A stretch of DNA of 64,000 nt. It comes from Octopus bimaculoides. Lineage: Eukaryota. Position numbers and translations under genes: made by a program. The stretch's first letter is position 1; every line of letters begins with the position of its first letter. Of the stretch, positions 1-12,050 are shown one piece after another. The stretch spans positions 166,820,706 to 166,884,705 of the forward strand of contig NC_068982.1 in NCBI RefSeq assembly GCF_001194135.2. Reading direction: 5' to 3'. The notes under the pieces were generated by a model. It was not told the DNA's origin and made no database searches. It worked only from the letters and a program-made list of their open reading frames with translations.

Positions 1-62
<62 letters not shown>
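1..62. repeat. (TG)n microsatellite
   Basis: Uninterrupted TG run at the window start. Confidence 0.99.
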
Positions 63-67
<5 letters not shown>

Positions 68-223
68 ATATATAGATATGCATATTTGTACGTATGTATA
101 TATGTGTGTGTCTGTGCGTGTGTGTGAGTGTGTGTTTTATGTGTGTGCGTGTGTGTATGAGTGTGTATGTGTGTGCTTGCATGTGTTGCGCATGTATGAA
201 AGTTGTGAGTGCCCATACGTACA

Positions 224-917
224 TACATACATACGAAATTCCTTAAGTCTATTTCCATGAGTATAATACTGCGTGCACGTTGTCCTCTTCATACAAGTAG
301 TCTCCTGCCGTATTTGATACTTGTTAATAAATGAATTCGTCTTTCAATCTTTCTCAAGATGTTTTTTCGAAAGAAGAACCTACATACAGCTATTATCCCG
401 TAAAGTTCACATCACTAAAAGTATTATTACTAAAAAAAAAAAGAAGAAAATTCAGTTCCTGAATTACGTCTTTCATTTGAATGAAGGTTGAAAATAAAAT
501 TCCATAACCAGCAGCGGAAACAAGAATAAGTGTTCGTAACTAATATATTATAGCTAATTGTTACGTTCCGCTCCAATCTGCATATGTCTTAATGTGTTCA
601 TACGTAATAGAGATACCATAAAATTGATATAGAAATGTTATTATGACAATCAGTCAATTGAACGAGCTCAAGATGGCCAGATCAAAATTATAAAATGCAC
701 AATAATATGAGTGATATAATCTTCTCCATCAAAGAATTCTTATACCAAAACATTTAACTCCTTACAACAATGAAATCTGTTGGCACTAGCGAGATGCTCT
801 GGACTTTATTATCCTGAAAATATGTACGCCAGCTGGTATATGTATGCTAAGATACCCACACATGCGCTCACACTCTCGTATAAACAGACGTATACTACGC
901 GCATATATATTCACATA
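224..917 (+). repeat. Copy 1 of a ~700-bp locally triplicated segment
   Basis: Reverse complement of 1553-2262, e.g. GAAACAAGAATAAGTGTTCGTAACTAATATATTATAGCTAATTGTTACGTTCCGCTCCAATC is shared by all three copies. Confidence 0.95.
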
Positions 918-1228
918 AACATATATATACGCGTGTGTGTATTTATATATATATGTATACATGTATGTGTATGTGTGTACACACATCCACACATATATAC
1001 ATGTACATATATATATATATATANNNNNNNNNNNNNNNNNNNNNNNNNNNNNNNNNNNNNNNNNNNNNNNNNNNNNNNNNNNNNNNNNNNNNNNNNNNNN
1101 NNNNNNNNNNNNNNNNNNNTGTATGTATGTATGTATGTATATATAGTAACATAAAGGGGGGAATTTCGATTAGCCCCACGTGGTGAGTTGTAATGCAAAC
1201 AATATATATGAAATAAAAGAAGGAAAAT

Positions 1229-1554
1229 GCACGCACGTTCCGCTCTTCAGACAAGTTGTCCTCTGTCGTATTTAATACTTGTTAATGAATGAATTCGTCT
1301 TTCAATTTTTCTCAAGATGTTTTTTGAAAGCAAAACCTACATACAGCTATTATCCTGTAAAATATCCATCTCTAAAAGTATTGTTACTAAAATAAGAAAT
1401 TTAATTTCCTGAATTATGTCTTTCATTTGAATGAAAGTTGAAAATAAAATTCCATAACCAACAGCGGAAACAAGAATAAGTGTTCGTAACTAATATATTA
1501 TAGCTAATTGTTACGTTCCGCTCCAATCTGCATGTCTTAATGTGTTCATACGTA
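1229..1554 (+). repeat. Copy 2 (partial, direct) of the triplicated segment
   Basis: Direct match to about 270-606; joins copy 3 at 1553-1554 through a TA overlap. Confidence 0.95.
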
Positions 1555-2262
1555 TGTGAATATATGTACGCGTAGTATATATCTGTATATACACGAGTGT
1601 GAGCGCATGCGTGGGTATCTTAGCAAACGTGTACTAGCTGGCGTACATATTTTCAAGATAATAAAGTTCAGAGCATCTCGCTGGTGCCAACAGATTTCAT
1701 TGTTGTAAGGAGTTAAATGTTTTGGTATAAGGGTTCTTTGATAGAGTAGAATATATCACTCATATTATTGTGCATTTTATAATTTTGATCTGGCCATTTT
1801 GAGCTCGTTCAATTGACTGATTGTCATAACAATGTTTCTATATGAATGTTATGGTATTTCTTTTACGTGTGTACACATTAAGACATATGCTGATTGGAGC
1901 GGAACGTAACAATTAGCTATAATATATTAGTTACGAACACTTATTCTTGTTTCCGCTGTTGGTTATGGAATTTTATTTTCAATTTTCATTCAAAGGAAAG
2001 ACATAATTCAGTAAATTAAATTTCTTATTTTAGTAACAATACTTTTAGAAATGGATACTTTACGGGATAATAGCTATTTGTAGGGTCTTCTATCAAAAAA
2101 CATCTTGAGAAAGATTGAAAGACGAATTCATTTGTTAGCAAGTATCAAATACGGCAGGAGACTACTTGCATGAACATGAGAAAGTGCATGCAGTATTATG
2201 CATGCAGTATTATGTGCATGCAGTATTATGGAGATAAACTTAAAGAATTTCGTATGTATGTA
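1553..2262 (-). repeat. Copy 3 (inverted) of the triplicated segment
   Basis: Reverse complement aligns end to end with 224-917; contains a triplicated (GT)GCATGCAGTATTAT unit at about 2185-2230. Confidence 0.95.
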
Positions 2263-2610
2263 GGCTCTGATTTACGGACTGTGTCAAGCCCTTATTAAAG
2301 GCCTGTAATATGCAGAAGGCTGACTGAGAGAGCAATGCCTGTCATCACCATAGATGGAGGAAGCATGTTAAGAAGGGATCGACACTTTTGAGAGAGCACG
2401 TATTCAGCATGAAGAAATTAAGCGTGCTGCTCGAAGATGCACTACTGGTGTAGTGAATGGGGAAAGCTTGGTCTGCAATGTTTGCGGTCGTGTATGCTTG
2501 TCAAGAGCAGGGCTCATTAGCTACTAACGGAGCCGCAAATGCAAAATATAAGTTAGTCCCTGAAGGTCAGCAATGGTCTTCCTCGGTCACAAGTGGACGG
2601 CCCTCACATG
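2263..2610 (+). mobile_element. RTE-clade LINE 3' fragment (ORF2 C-terminus, 3' UTR, microsatellite tail)
   Basis: Broken translation includes RARIQHEEIKRAARR and LVCNVCGRVCLSRAGLISY*, matching the C-terminal CxxC...GLISH zinc finger of RTE ORF2. Ends TGGACGGCCCTCACATG followed by (TATG)n. Confidence 0.85.
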
Positions 2611-2715
2611 TATGTATGTGTATATGTATGTAAGTATGTATATACACTCACAACATTCATACATGCGTAATACATGCACGCACACACACACACATGCACA
2701 AACATATATATATAC

Positions 2716-2776
<61 letters not shown>

Positions 2777-2789
2777 CGTACATGCAAAT

Positions 2790-3270
2790 ATGCATGTGTA
2801 TCTTCCTCCTTGACTCTCTCGTTGCTCACACGTGACCAACGGCTACCTATCTTTTTTTCTTCCACTTACTTCCTAAAGACAAGTCGTGCCTTTACCTTTC
2901 TCTTCTGAAAGCTCGTTTTTTCCAGCGTTCACCATTTCACATCGTCTTGGCTTAACAGCCACCACCGTTTGTTTTTAGTGTTTTGTTCTTACTGTCCTGT
3001 TTTTCGTACCACTTTCACCCTCCACAAAAATTTTATTCAATTTACTTTGCGGGAAGGACTGTTTAACGAAGTCGCGTCTTGTCCCTACCTTCGAAATGCA
3101 GAGTAGATAAGACAGGAGACAACTGATGAAGGGAATGATTTTTATGTTGCCTATCTCGTAGTTTCTCTATTTGTTTCTTTCGTTGTTCGAAAAATTGTTC
3201 GTTTTCTATGTTTTTCTTTCTTATGTTCTCGTCTCTCATTTTGTCTACGTTTTTTTATGTCCTGTACCCA
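2790..3270 (-). repeat. Old unclassified interspersed repeat, homologous to 7095-7560 in opposite orientation
   Basis: Colinear shared blocks: TTTTCGAACAACGAAAGA, AAACAAAC..GGCT..TAAGCC..ACGA..GAACGC, GATAGCCG.TGGTCACGTG.GAGC.ACG. Confidence 0.6.
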
Positions 3271-4049
3271 TATATGCATGTATCTATACATATATATGTA
3301 GGTATGTACATATACGTATGTATATATGCATATATATATANNNNNNNNNNNNNNNNNNNNNNNNNNNNNNNNNNNNNNNNNNNNNNNNNNNNNNNNNNNN
3401 NNNNNNNNNNNNNNNNNNNNNNNNNNNNNNNNNNNNNNNNNNNNNNNNNNNNNNNNNNNNNNNNNNNNNNNNNNNNNNNNNNNNNNNNNNNNNNNNNNNN
3501 NNNNNNNNNNNNNNNNNNNNNNNNNNNNNNNNNNNNNNNNNNNNNNNNNNNNNNNNNNNNNNNNNNNNNNNNNNNNNNNNNNNNNNNNNNTAAAATGTTT
3601 TTCCTTTACTGGAGCTAATTTGGATAATAACTGTTTCCAGTAGTCATTATAGGTACATTACTGATAGGTTTACTCAGTTGGTCTATATATATAAGATAAC
3701 AAGAAAATATATTTTTTTAAAAATTCTCTACACCGAAGTTAACAAAGAACTTACTAGATCTATGAACCAAGATCTATATTATTAAAAAATTAAAAAATAA
3801 TAAATCAAACTGTCAGTGAAGTCATTCTTTTTTCTTTTTTCATATATATTAAGTATGTACGGTTGGTAATATATTATGTGCGGTTCTAACACTCAGCGCT
3901 ATGTGGCAGATGTTCCCTAAGCGCTATCCCACAGCGAATCGGCGAACAAGTAAAACACACATATTGAGTATGTGTGGTTGATAATATATTAATATATAAT
4001 ATCCATAATTGTGAGTCTGACAGAGAATATTTTGTTTGCCTCCTGGTTA

Positions 4050-5510
4050 TCTATATATATAAAAATGAGAATGTGTGTCTGTCTGTCTGTCTGTCTGTCT
4101 GTGTGAATCCCTAAAACTCGAGAACTACGCAACCAATTTCATTCAAATTTTATACATGCCTTACTTAGGGTTCCAGTTGTGTTTTAGTCAAAAATTTTTT
4201 TAACTTCTTGCAGAGTTCGAGCACACGGCAACATAATATCTCCTCCACTATTTAAGTATTACGTGTCAAAAGTGAAACAAAAACACTCATATCAAATACT
4301 TTCACTTTAAAAATGAAACTATTCCACTAACTGAAACAATCACATTTCGATACTGTAATGACAGATACTTTCACAGAGAGAGAAAGAAAGAAAGAGAGAG
4401 ACAGAAAGAGAGAGANNNNNNNNNNNNNNNNNNNNNNNNNNNNNNNNNNNNNNNNNNNNNNNNNNNNNNNNNNNNNNNNNNNNNNNNNNNNNNNNNNNNN
4501 NNNNNNNNNNNNNNNNNNNNNNNNNNNNNNNNNNNNNNNNNNNNNNNNNNNNNNNNNNNNNNNNNNNNNNNNNNNNNNNNNNNNNNNNNNNNNNNNNNNN
4601 NNNNNNNNNNNNNNNNNNNNNNNNNNNNNNNNNNNNNNNNNNNNNNNNNNNNNNNNNNNNNNNNNNNNNNNNNNNNNNNNNNNNNNNNNNNNNNNNNNNN
4701 NNNNNNNNNNNNNNNNNNNNNNNNNNNNNNNNNNNNNNNNNNNNNNNNNNNNNNNNNNNNNNNNNNNNNNNNNNNNNNNNNNNNNNNNNNNNNNNNNNNN
4801 NNNNNNNNNNNNNNNNNNNNNNNNNNNNNNNNNNNNNNNNNNNNNNNNNNNNNNNNNNNNNNNNNNNNNNNNNNNNNNNNNNNNNNNNNNNNNNNNNNNN
4901 NNNNNNNNNNNNNNNNNNNNNNNNNNNNNNNNNNNNNNNNNNNNNNNNNNNNNNNNNNNNNNNNNNNNNNNNNNNNNNNNNNNNNNNNNNNNNNNNNNNN
5001 NNNNNNNNNNNNNNNNNNNNNNNNNNNNNNNNNNNNNNNNNNNNNNNNNNNNNNNNNNNNNNNNNNNNNNNNNNNNNNNNNNNNNNNNNNNNNNNNNNNN
5101 NNNNNNNNNNNNNNNNNNNNNNNNNNNNNNNNNNNNNNNNNNNNNNNNCACTGTCTGTAGCTGGTCTTCTCTTGGAAGAGCCCTGCTTCTCACATGGACA
5201 ACTGTATGTTGGCTGCTCAAGAGTGGGCAGCAAAAAAAACCTATTTGTATATGCTCCACAAGGGAAAACAAGGAACATTGTTTACAACGAGGTGTTATAA
5301 TCACAACAGCAAGAAAGTATGTACATGATCACCTTCTTTTACGAAACTTCATTGACTTTCATATATTTATATTGATATACATATATATACGTGTGTTTGG
5401 GTGCGTGTGTGTATATACATCTCTATATATAAAGATGAGGCGTAGTCTAGACGGCGTTTTTAGATTTCATTATTCTCTTTAACCCGGGCAACGCCGGGTA
5501 TTTCTGCTAG
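4050..5510 (+). mobile_element. Helitron (internally deleted; spans an assembly gap)
   Basis: 5' a|TCTATATATATAAAA followed by (GTCT)n; 3' hairpin ACCCGGGCAACGCCGGGT (5482-5499) then CTAG|t at 5507-5511; A|T target; internal helicase remnant. Confidence 0.9.
5151..5300 (+). pseudogene. C-terminus of Helitron RepHel PIF1-family helicase
   Basis: Frame starting at 5151 (not in the ORF track) reads LSVAGLLLEEPCFSHGQLYVGCSRVGSKKNLFVYAPQGKTRNIVYNEVL*, containing the PIF1 FSHGQLYVAxSRV motif and the Helitron T.NIVY.EVL end. Confidence 0.93.
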
Positions 5511-5605
5511 TAGATTATAAATTTTGACTTTCAGACTTCTTGCTTTGATATCTTCTATATGGCCTGGAAATGTTCCTTTAAACTTGTGACCCCCTAGAAT
5601 ATGTT

Positions 5606-5638
<33 letters not shown>

Positions 5639-6454
5639 NNNNNNNNNNNNNNNNNNNNNNNNNNNNNNNNNNNNNNNNNNNNNNNNNNNNNNNNNNNNNN
5701 NNNNNNNNNNNNNNNNNNNNNNNNNNNNNNNNGTGTGTGTATGTGTGTATGAGAGAGAGAGAGGAGGAGAGAAAGAGTACACATACAGTCTAAAATCTAG
5801 ATTCCAGATTGGCTGACATACGCACGGACAAAACTCGTGGTTATGAACCAATCGTTACATGTAGCAACATACCATGTGCCCATATCATGTTTAAATGTTA
5901 TCTATAAACTGTACACATGTTATTTGAGTCTTATCACATGTTATTTGAGTCTTATCACCAACATTCTCTACAACAGTGTCTCAGAAACTGGAATGATTCT
6001 GCAGAAGCAATACAGCTCTGTTTTTTTAATGATTCTGATATGGTTGACTTAGGTTCTACTAATGGAGCAAATTCTCAACATATCCCTCCTGACATAACTT
6101 CCAAAACTCCGGACATCAGAACGGCAATAAATAAAATTAAACTCAATTCAGTAATAAGTTCCCAGCTAGTCTCCTGAAGGAGTCTAGGCATCAATTTGCA
6201 TCTACTCTAATACATCTCTCGATAAAATCTCTGGACATAGAACATATCTGGACATTTTCTTCCTAGCTTGTCGTCCCGGTTTTCAAAACGGGAAACATAC
6301 TGCTTTCATTGCAATACCTCCGAAATCACTGACCTTTCATATCATTTAAGTTTCGAGGGGGTAGTGAGATCACAAAATTGTTTTAAAAACTACTTTCTCA
6401 GCGAGAAAAAATAACTGCCTTCTCAGTTTTCAACCAGTATGATTTTCGTAGTTG

Positions 6455-6496
6455 CACCGCCTGGGATAGTCTTTTAAGAGACTATCCCAGGCGGTG
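6455..6496. other. GC-rich palindrome centred on TTAA
   Basis: CACCGCCTGGGATAGTCT-tttaag-AGACTATCCCAGGCGGTG: perfect 18-bp stem. Confidence 0.95.
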
Positions 6497-6556
6497 TTAC
6501 TAAATTAGACATGGTCTAGGCTAATAATAGTCGAAATCTACTAAATTATCTAAGTT

Positions 6557-6604
<48 letters not shown>

Positions 6605-7094
6605 NNNNNNNNNNNNNNNNNNNNNNNNNNNNNNNNNNNNNNNNNNNNNNNNNNNNNNNNNNNNNNNNNNNNNNNNNNNNNNNNNNNNNNNNNNNNNNNN
6701 NNNNNNNNNNNNNNNNNNNNNNNNNNNNNNNNNNNNNNNNNNNNNNNNNNNNNNNNNNNNNNNNNNNNNNNNNNNNNNNNNNNNNNNNNNNNNNNNNNNN
6801 NNNNNNNNNNNNNNNNNNNNNNNNNNNNNNNNNNNNNNNNNNNNNNNNNNNNNNNNNNNNNNNNNNNNNNNNNNNNNNNNNNNNNNNNNNNNNNNNNNNN
6901 NNNNNNNNNNNNNNNNNNNNNNNNNNNNNNNNNNNNNNNNNNNNNNNNNNNNNNNNNNNNNNNNNNNNNNNNNNNNNNNNNNNNNNNNNNNNNNNNNNNN
7001 NNNTATATATATATATATATATATATGCATATACACATACGTATATGTTCAAACTTACATCTATACGTATATATATATATGTGGGGGAGGGGGC

Positions 7095-7560
7095 ACAGAA
7101 CGTCATGAAACGTGTACAACAAAAAATACGAAGTACGAGTACATGAAATATGAACTACATTTTCGAACAACGAAAGACACGAATGGAAAACAAGACAAAC
7201 AACATAAAGAACGACACTTCAACAGTTGTTGGCTGTTTTTTACTCTCGTATTTCGAGCATTTAACAACAATATACACTTTTGATAAAACAGTTGCTCCTG
7301 CAAAGCAAATTAAATAAAATTTGGGATTTTGGGGAGGACTGTGAAAGCAAACAGGAAGGGCTACTAAGCCTAAACGAGGTTATGGTGGCGAACGCGTAAA
7401 TCAAGCTTGGACAGGAGACAGACAAGAACCCGTCTTCCTTCTTCCAGCTACAACGGAGAGAAAGAAACACAAGTTAGGAGAAGAAAGAAAGATAGCCGAT
7501 GGTCACGTGGGAGCCACGTGAGCAAGGGAGGAGGAGTGAAGAAGAGAGAGTGATAGAGTA
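7095..7560 (+). repeat. Old unclassified interspersed repeat, partner of 2790-3270
   Basis: Same colinear blocks as 2790-3270, reverse orientation. Confidence 0.6.
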
Positions 7561-8351
7561 ATAGAATAGAACAGTGGGAGAAGAGGGGGTAAAAGAACAA
7601 GAGAGAGAAAGATAGAAAAACGAAAGAGTAAAAAGATCGTATAGAGTGCGCATCAGAATTATTAAGATAAAACTTACTTGGAAGAGGATGCGTGGCGTTC
7701 ATTCATATAGTAATATAAATAATATATATATACGCATATATACATACATATATGTACNNNNNNNNNNNNNNNNNNNNNNNNNNNNNNNNNNNNNNNNNAC
7801 ACACACACACATATATAACAGTTTGTGGACTACCGAAATGCCTCTTACATTTAATAAAAACCATCTTACAAATGCATATATGTACTTGAGTTATTTAAGT
7901 TTCCAGACGATTAAACCGCGGCATTTTACTTCTATTTCTGTCTTCACAAGATATGTTTAACAGTTAGGAAAACCCCACCAAACAATTATAACAATAATTC
8001 ATTATTTTACACATCAGAAATATTAATATTATTTTTTCAGCTCACAAAAAAATCTCATCTAAGATAAACATTTGGTGCTCATACATTGCAATAATTATGG
8101 CTTTATAGTTCGCATATGGATTGAAATTTTCTTTGGCGTGTCTTCCACGACATTTCTATGCTCTTGACATCAGAGTCAAATATCTTTTATTTTAATACAG
8201 GGTTTTATTTATTGCTATTTACAGCAATTACTTTAAATAGCTTTCATTCTTCGACGAGAATTATTACAGTACGCGTATGCGACTATTGTCACAATGTGCA
8301 TTCTACCTTATCCCAATTTTTATTTGATCGTGATCTGATCTAAACTAAGAT

Positions 8352-8650
8352 AAACGATAAACGTCGCCCTTTCAAAGCCTAGCCAGGCCCATGGGCCCGG
8401 TTTCCTGGTTTCTATGGCGTATGTTTTCCCCACAGCTGGACAGGACGCCAGTCCATCGCAGCGTAACTCAAGAAACAGGAAGAAAGAGTGAGAGAAAGTT
8501 GGGGCGAAAGAGTACAACAGGGGTAGCCACCACCCCCTGCCGGAGCCTCGTGGAGCTTAGGTGTTTTTGCTCAATAAACACTCACAACACCCGGTCTGGG
8601 AATCGAAACAACGACCTTCTGACCGCGAGTCCGCCGCCCTAACCATTGGG
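8352..8650 (-). mobile_element. tRNA-derived SINE, head/body B + tail 2
   Basis: Reverse complement has the head GGTTAGGGCGGCGGACTCGCGGTC...TTTCGATTCCCAGACCGGG and the body of 26892, then switches after CTTTCTTCCTGTTTCT to CTGCGATGGACTGGCGTCCTGTCCAG...AGAAACCAGGAAACCGGGCCC. Confidence 0.88.
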
Positions 8651-8958
8651 TTAGGCTACACATCTAAACTAAGAAGTACATTAGAAACAGCTTACGTCAG
8701 AAAATCATGCTAAAACTTAATGACCAAGCTAAACAAAACAAGATGTAGTTAATGAGTTTTGGAAGCTACTTTAGATAACAACCGCCTTATGATAAGCAAA
8801 AACAGAAGTTTTTAACAAGCAAAACGTCCATGGTTCAACAGAAATTAGAGCCAACACATATATATTAATATATTTATATACATACATACGTACATACATA
8901 CAAACAGACCAGACAGACAGACAGATAGATAGACAATGTATGTATGTATATATGTTCA

Positions 8959-9120
8959 GGCGCAGGAGTGGTTGTGTGGTAAGTAGCTTGCTTGCCAGCC
9001 ACATGGTTCTGGGTTCAGTCCCACTGTGTGGCACCTTGGGCAAGTGTCTTCTACTATAGCCTCGGACCGACCAAAGCCTTGTGAGTGTATTTGGTAGACG
9101 GAAACTGAAAGAAGCCCGTC

Positions 9121-9123
<3 letters not shown>
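8959..9123 (+). mobile_element. tRNA-derived SINE family A, 5' half
   Basis: GGCGCAGGAGTGGTTGTGTGGTAAG...GGGTTCAGTCCCAC...CCTTGGGCAAGT (CORE-like) ...AAGCCCGTCG, then (TA)n; homologous to 27907, 39792, 41164. Confidence 0.9.
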
Positions 9124-9177
<54 letters not shown>

Positions 9178-9243
9178 CAGATGTCTATGGATATATCCGA
9201 GGTAAACATGTGTAGTATACCTCCATTGCCTAAAATCACTTGA

Positions 9244-9790
9244 GTGCTTTCACCAGCAGTGTTTCAGAAAGATCCTGAACATCCACTGGATCACTGGATG
9301 ACTCTTACCGCTGACACGAAAGTTTTAGAGTGGGTCAATGCAGTGAGTATTGAGGCCCACGTCCTCCGTCACCGCATGCGCAGTGTTGGTTATGTTGTGC
9401 GTCTTGACGACACCAGAATTCCCAAGCAAATGTTATGTGAAAAACTGTCGCAAGACACTCGACCACATCATAAGCTATTCAAGGCAACTTAAAAAATCGC
9501 TTGGAATCTGTGAGATTTCAGAACAGGAGTGGGAAAACATATCACGTGATAGGAAAACCTGGAAGCAAAGAGCCTATGACAGAGTGAGTACATTTCAGCA
9601 AATGAATGGTCAGGCATGAGGAGATTAGCACGAGAGGCTAATTCCGTTGATCCTACATTTCGTCACCTAGTCTGTGAAATCTGCGGCCGCTTATGTATGT
9701 CTCGCGCAGACCTGGTGAGTCATCAGAAATGTCGCGAAGAAACACACGTTACAAACTACAACGACTTCCTTGTTGGACCAACCTCACATG
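9244..9790 (+). mobile_element. RTE-clade LINE 3' fragment, frameshifted
   Basis: SIEAHVLRHRMRSVGYVVRLDDTRIPKQML, LKKSLGICEISEQEWENISRDRKTWKQ and LVCEICGRLCMSRADLVSHQ correspond to RTE ORF2 RLRWxGHVxRM and the terminal zinc finger. Ends TGGACCAACCTCACATG. Confidence 0.92.
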
Positions 9791-9974
9791 CATTGTCTGC
9801 CAGACAGCGTGTATAAATCGCCTAGATTTATCTAGTTTGATGAAAGTGCACAGAAGAAATCATTAGAATGATTCAGAACAACCAGGAAGTCAGAAGAATT
9901 TGAATGAATATCGAACCTGCAACAAGTTCTGTAAGTCGCAGGCAGGACTCAATAACCATAAGGCTTTTTCTAAG

Positions 9975-10250
9975 TTGTTACTTGACCAGCAAGAAATAGC
10001 AGCCAAATCTCCTTCAGCTATCTTCTCACAAAAGGAATGAAGACAGTTTGAAAAATGTAGTCTAGATGTGCAACGTCCGAGAAGGGACGAGGTGATCAAC
10101 GTTGGAACGTCTTTGATTTTGGTTTCTTCCGTCAGAGCTGACCCGGGTTAAACAACAGCACTAATCGTGCGAACCAACAAGGAAGACTACGTTGTCGCTA
10201 GGCCTGCTAGAAATAACGGTCAAATATCTTTCAAATCACACCCTGTCGTT
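9975..10250 (+). repeat. Interspersed repeat family E (unclassified, SINE-like, (AAC)n end); two adjacent units
   Basis: AGAAATAGCAGCCAAATCT...GAGCTGACCCGGGTTAAACAACAGC; degraded relatives at about 12515-12730(-), 35700-35815, 43830-43990(-), 50575-50750, 60230-60310. Confidence 0.6.
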
Positions 10251-11828
10251 TTTGTAAAGACGCGTGAAAGATGTCCTTTCTCTTAGACTCCTCACACTTC
10301 AAAAAACGATTCTTAAGTACGTATTACTTCTCTTGTACCATTAACATAAAACCGTCAAACCCCTATAACGGTTTCAGTTGTATTAAAACTATCGTAACTA
10401 GCTGTGTCGATTCATCGATACCATCGCTTAAGCACGGTTACGCCTTCACTGGTGATATGAAAATAAAGATCTTTTCATGACACGAAAATTAAATTTAAGA
10501 TTTTTGCTTAACCCCGAGGACAATCTTCATCGAAAAGACTTATTATCAAAAGATATTCTAGTCGTGAACATCCTGTCGTTTGCTAACGAGTAGAGGACGC
10601 AAGACTACATTTTCCAACGTATTCTTTTCTTAGACGACAAGTTATAGAGAGATTTGAGGCTCCTTTGACTGCTATTTCTAGCAGGTCGAATGATAATACA
10701 GAGGCCCCACGGTCGTTCACCAAGATATCTATGATACCGCTTTGTTATATATATATATTTCAGATATATGGGTTAATAAAGGAGATTGTGCTAGTTGTAG
10801 TAATAGTAGTGAAAACATCAGACGTAACAACCACGACCACAACAACAACAACAACAGCAGCAGCAGCAGCAGCTGCAGCTATACGTATGTTGTTGCTAAT
10901 TCTCATAAATGTCGTTCTGACCAAAATTTCCTGTTATTCTAAAATAAAATATTAACTATTTTAAGTAACAAAACAAATAACATGGACGTATGTCTGTGAA
11001 TGTGCGAATGTGCGAATGTGCGAATGTGCGAATGTGTGTGTGCGCGCGCATATATGCATATGTGTGCGTGTGCATGTGTGTATGTACGCATGCAAGTGTG
11101 CGTGTGCGAGTGTGCATATATGCATGCAAGTGTATGTGCGTGTATGCAAGTATGCATGCAACTGTGAGTGTGCGCGTGCGTTTGTGTTAAATTTGGACAC
11201 CTAATGCACGTGACTGGCTCAAAAACGTGATTTTACAATGACAGTTTTTTTTGTTGAGTTTGATACAGTTGTTATTGCTGCACTGCTTAATGTTATGTTT
11301 AGCAATTATTTTTGCTGCTTTTTTACGTTGTTTATATTTTGCTTTAATATTAATTTATTTAGTCTAGAAAAAGAAATAATAATAATAATAATAATAATAA
11401 AAATAATAATAATCAACAGAGCAAAAATAGTTTATGTAGGAGGAGTTTAACAATCAAGTTCTATCTAGAACGTTGAAAGCTAAAACAAACACGATACAAG
11501 GGCGTTGTTCGTGTGCACTCCACTGCTTTGCCCATTCAAGTACAAATGACGCCAATGCTAATAAAGAAATGAGTAAAGGTTAGCAGCATAAAACTTATCG
11601 ATTAATCGGTGTAAAATGGCCAAGTTAGTCTCACAAACTCAACCTTTATTTATTTTAAAGAACCTCCGTACCAAAAGAGCACACAGTAAAATCACCACCA
11701 TTTAACACCCACACGATTTCAAATAATTTTCACTTTAAATAATCATCGCTCTCATACAGTCTCACACGACAAACAGAATTCATTATTCATAAGGACTCTA
11801 CTTAAAACCCCAATATTCTTATCATTGT

Positions 11829-12050
11829 GGAGGCGCGTGGCTTAGTGGTTAATGTATTGAACCCATGACCGTAAGATTATGGTTTCAATTCCTGGACCAA
11901 ACGGTGCGTTGTGCTCATGAGCAAAACACTTCATTTCACGTTGCTCCAGCCCACTCAGCTGGCAAAGTGAGTAGTCCGGCGTCCTGTCCATGAGTGAATA
12001 TATGCGTCCACAGAGAACGGGAAACCGGCCCTATGAGACTTTGGAAGGGG
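11829..12050 (+). mobile_element. tRNA-derived SINE, head/body D + tail 2
   Basis: GGAGGCGCGTGGCTTAGTGGTTA (A box) ...GGTTTCAATTCC (B box) ...GAGCAAAACACTT...CCACTCAGCTGGCAAAGTGAGT, then GGCGTCCTGTCCA...GGGAAACCGGCCCTATG as at 8352. Confidence 0.8.
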
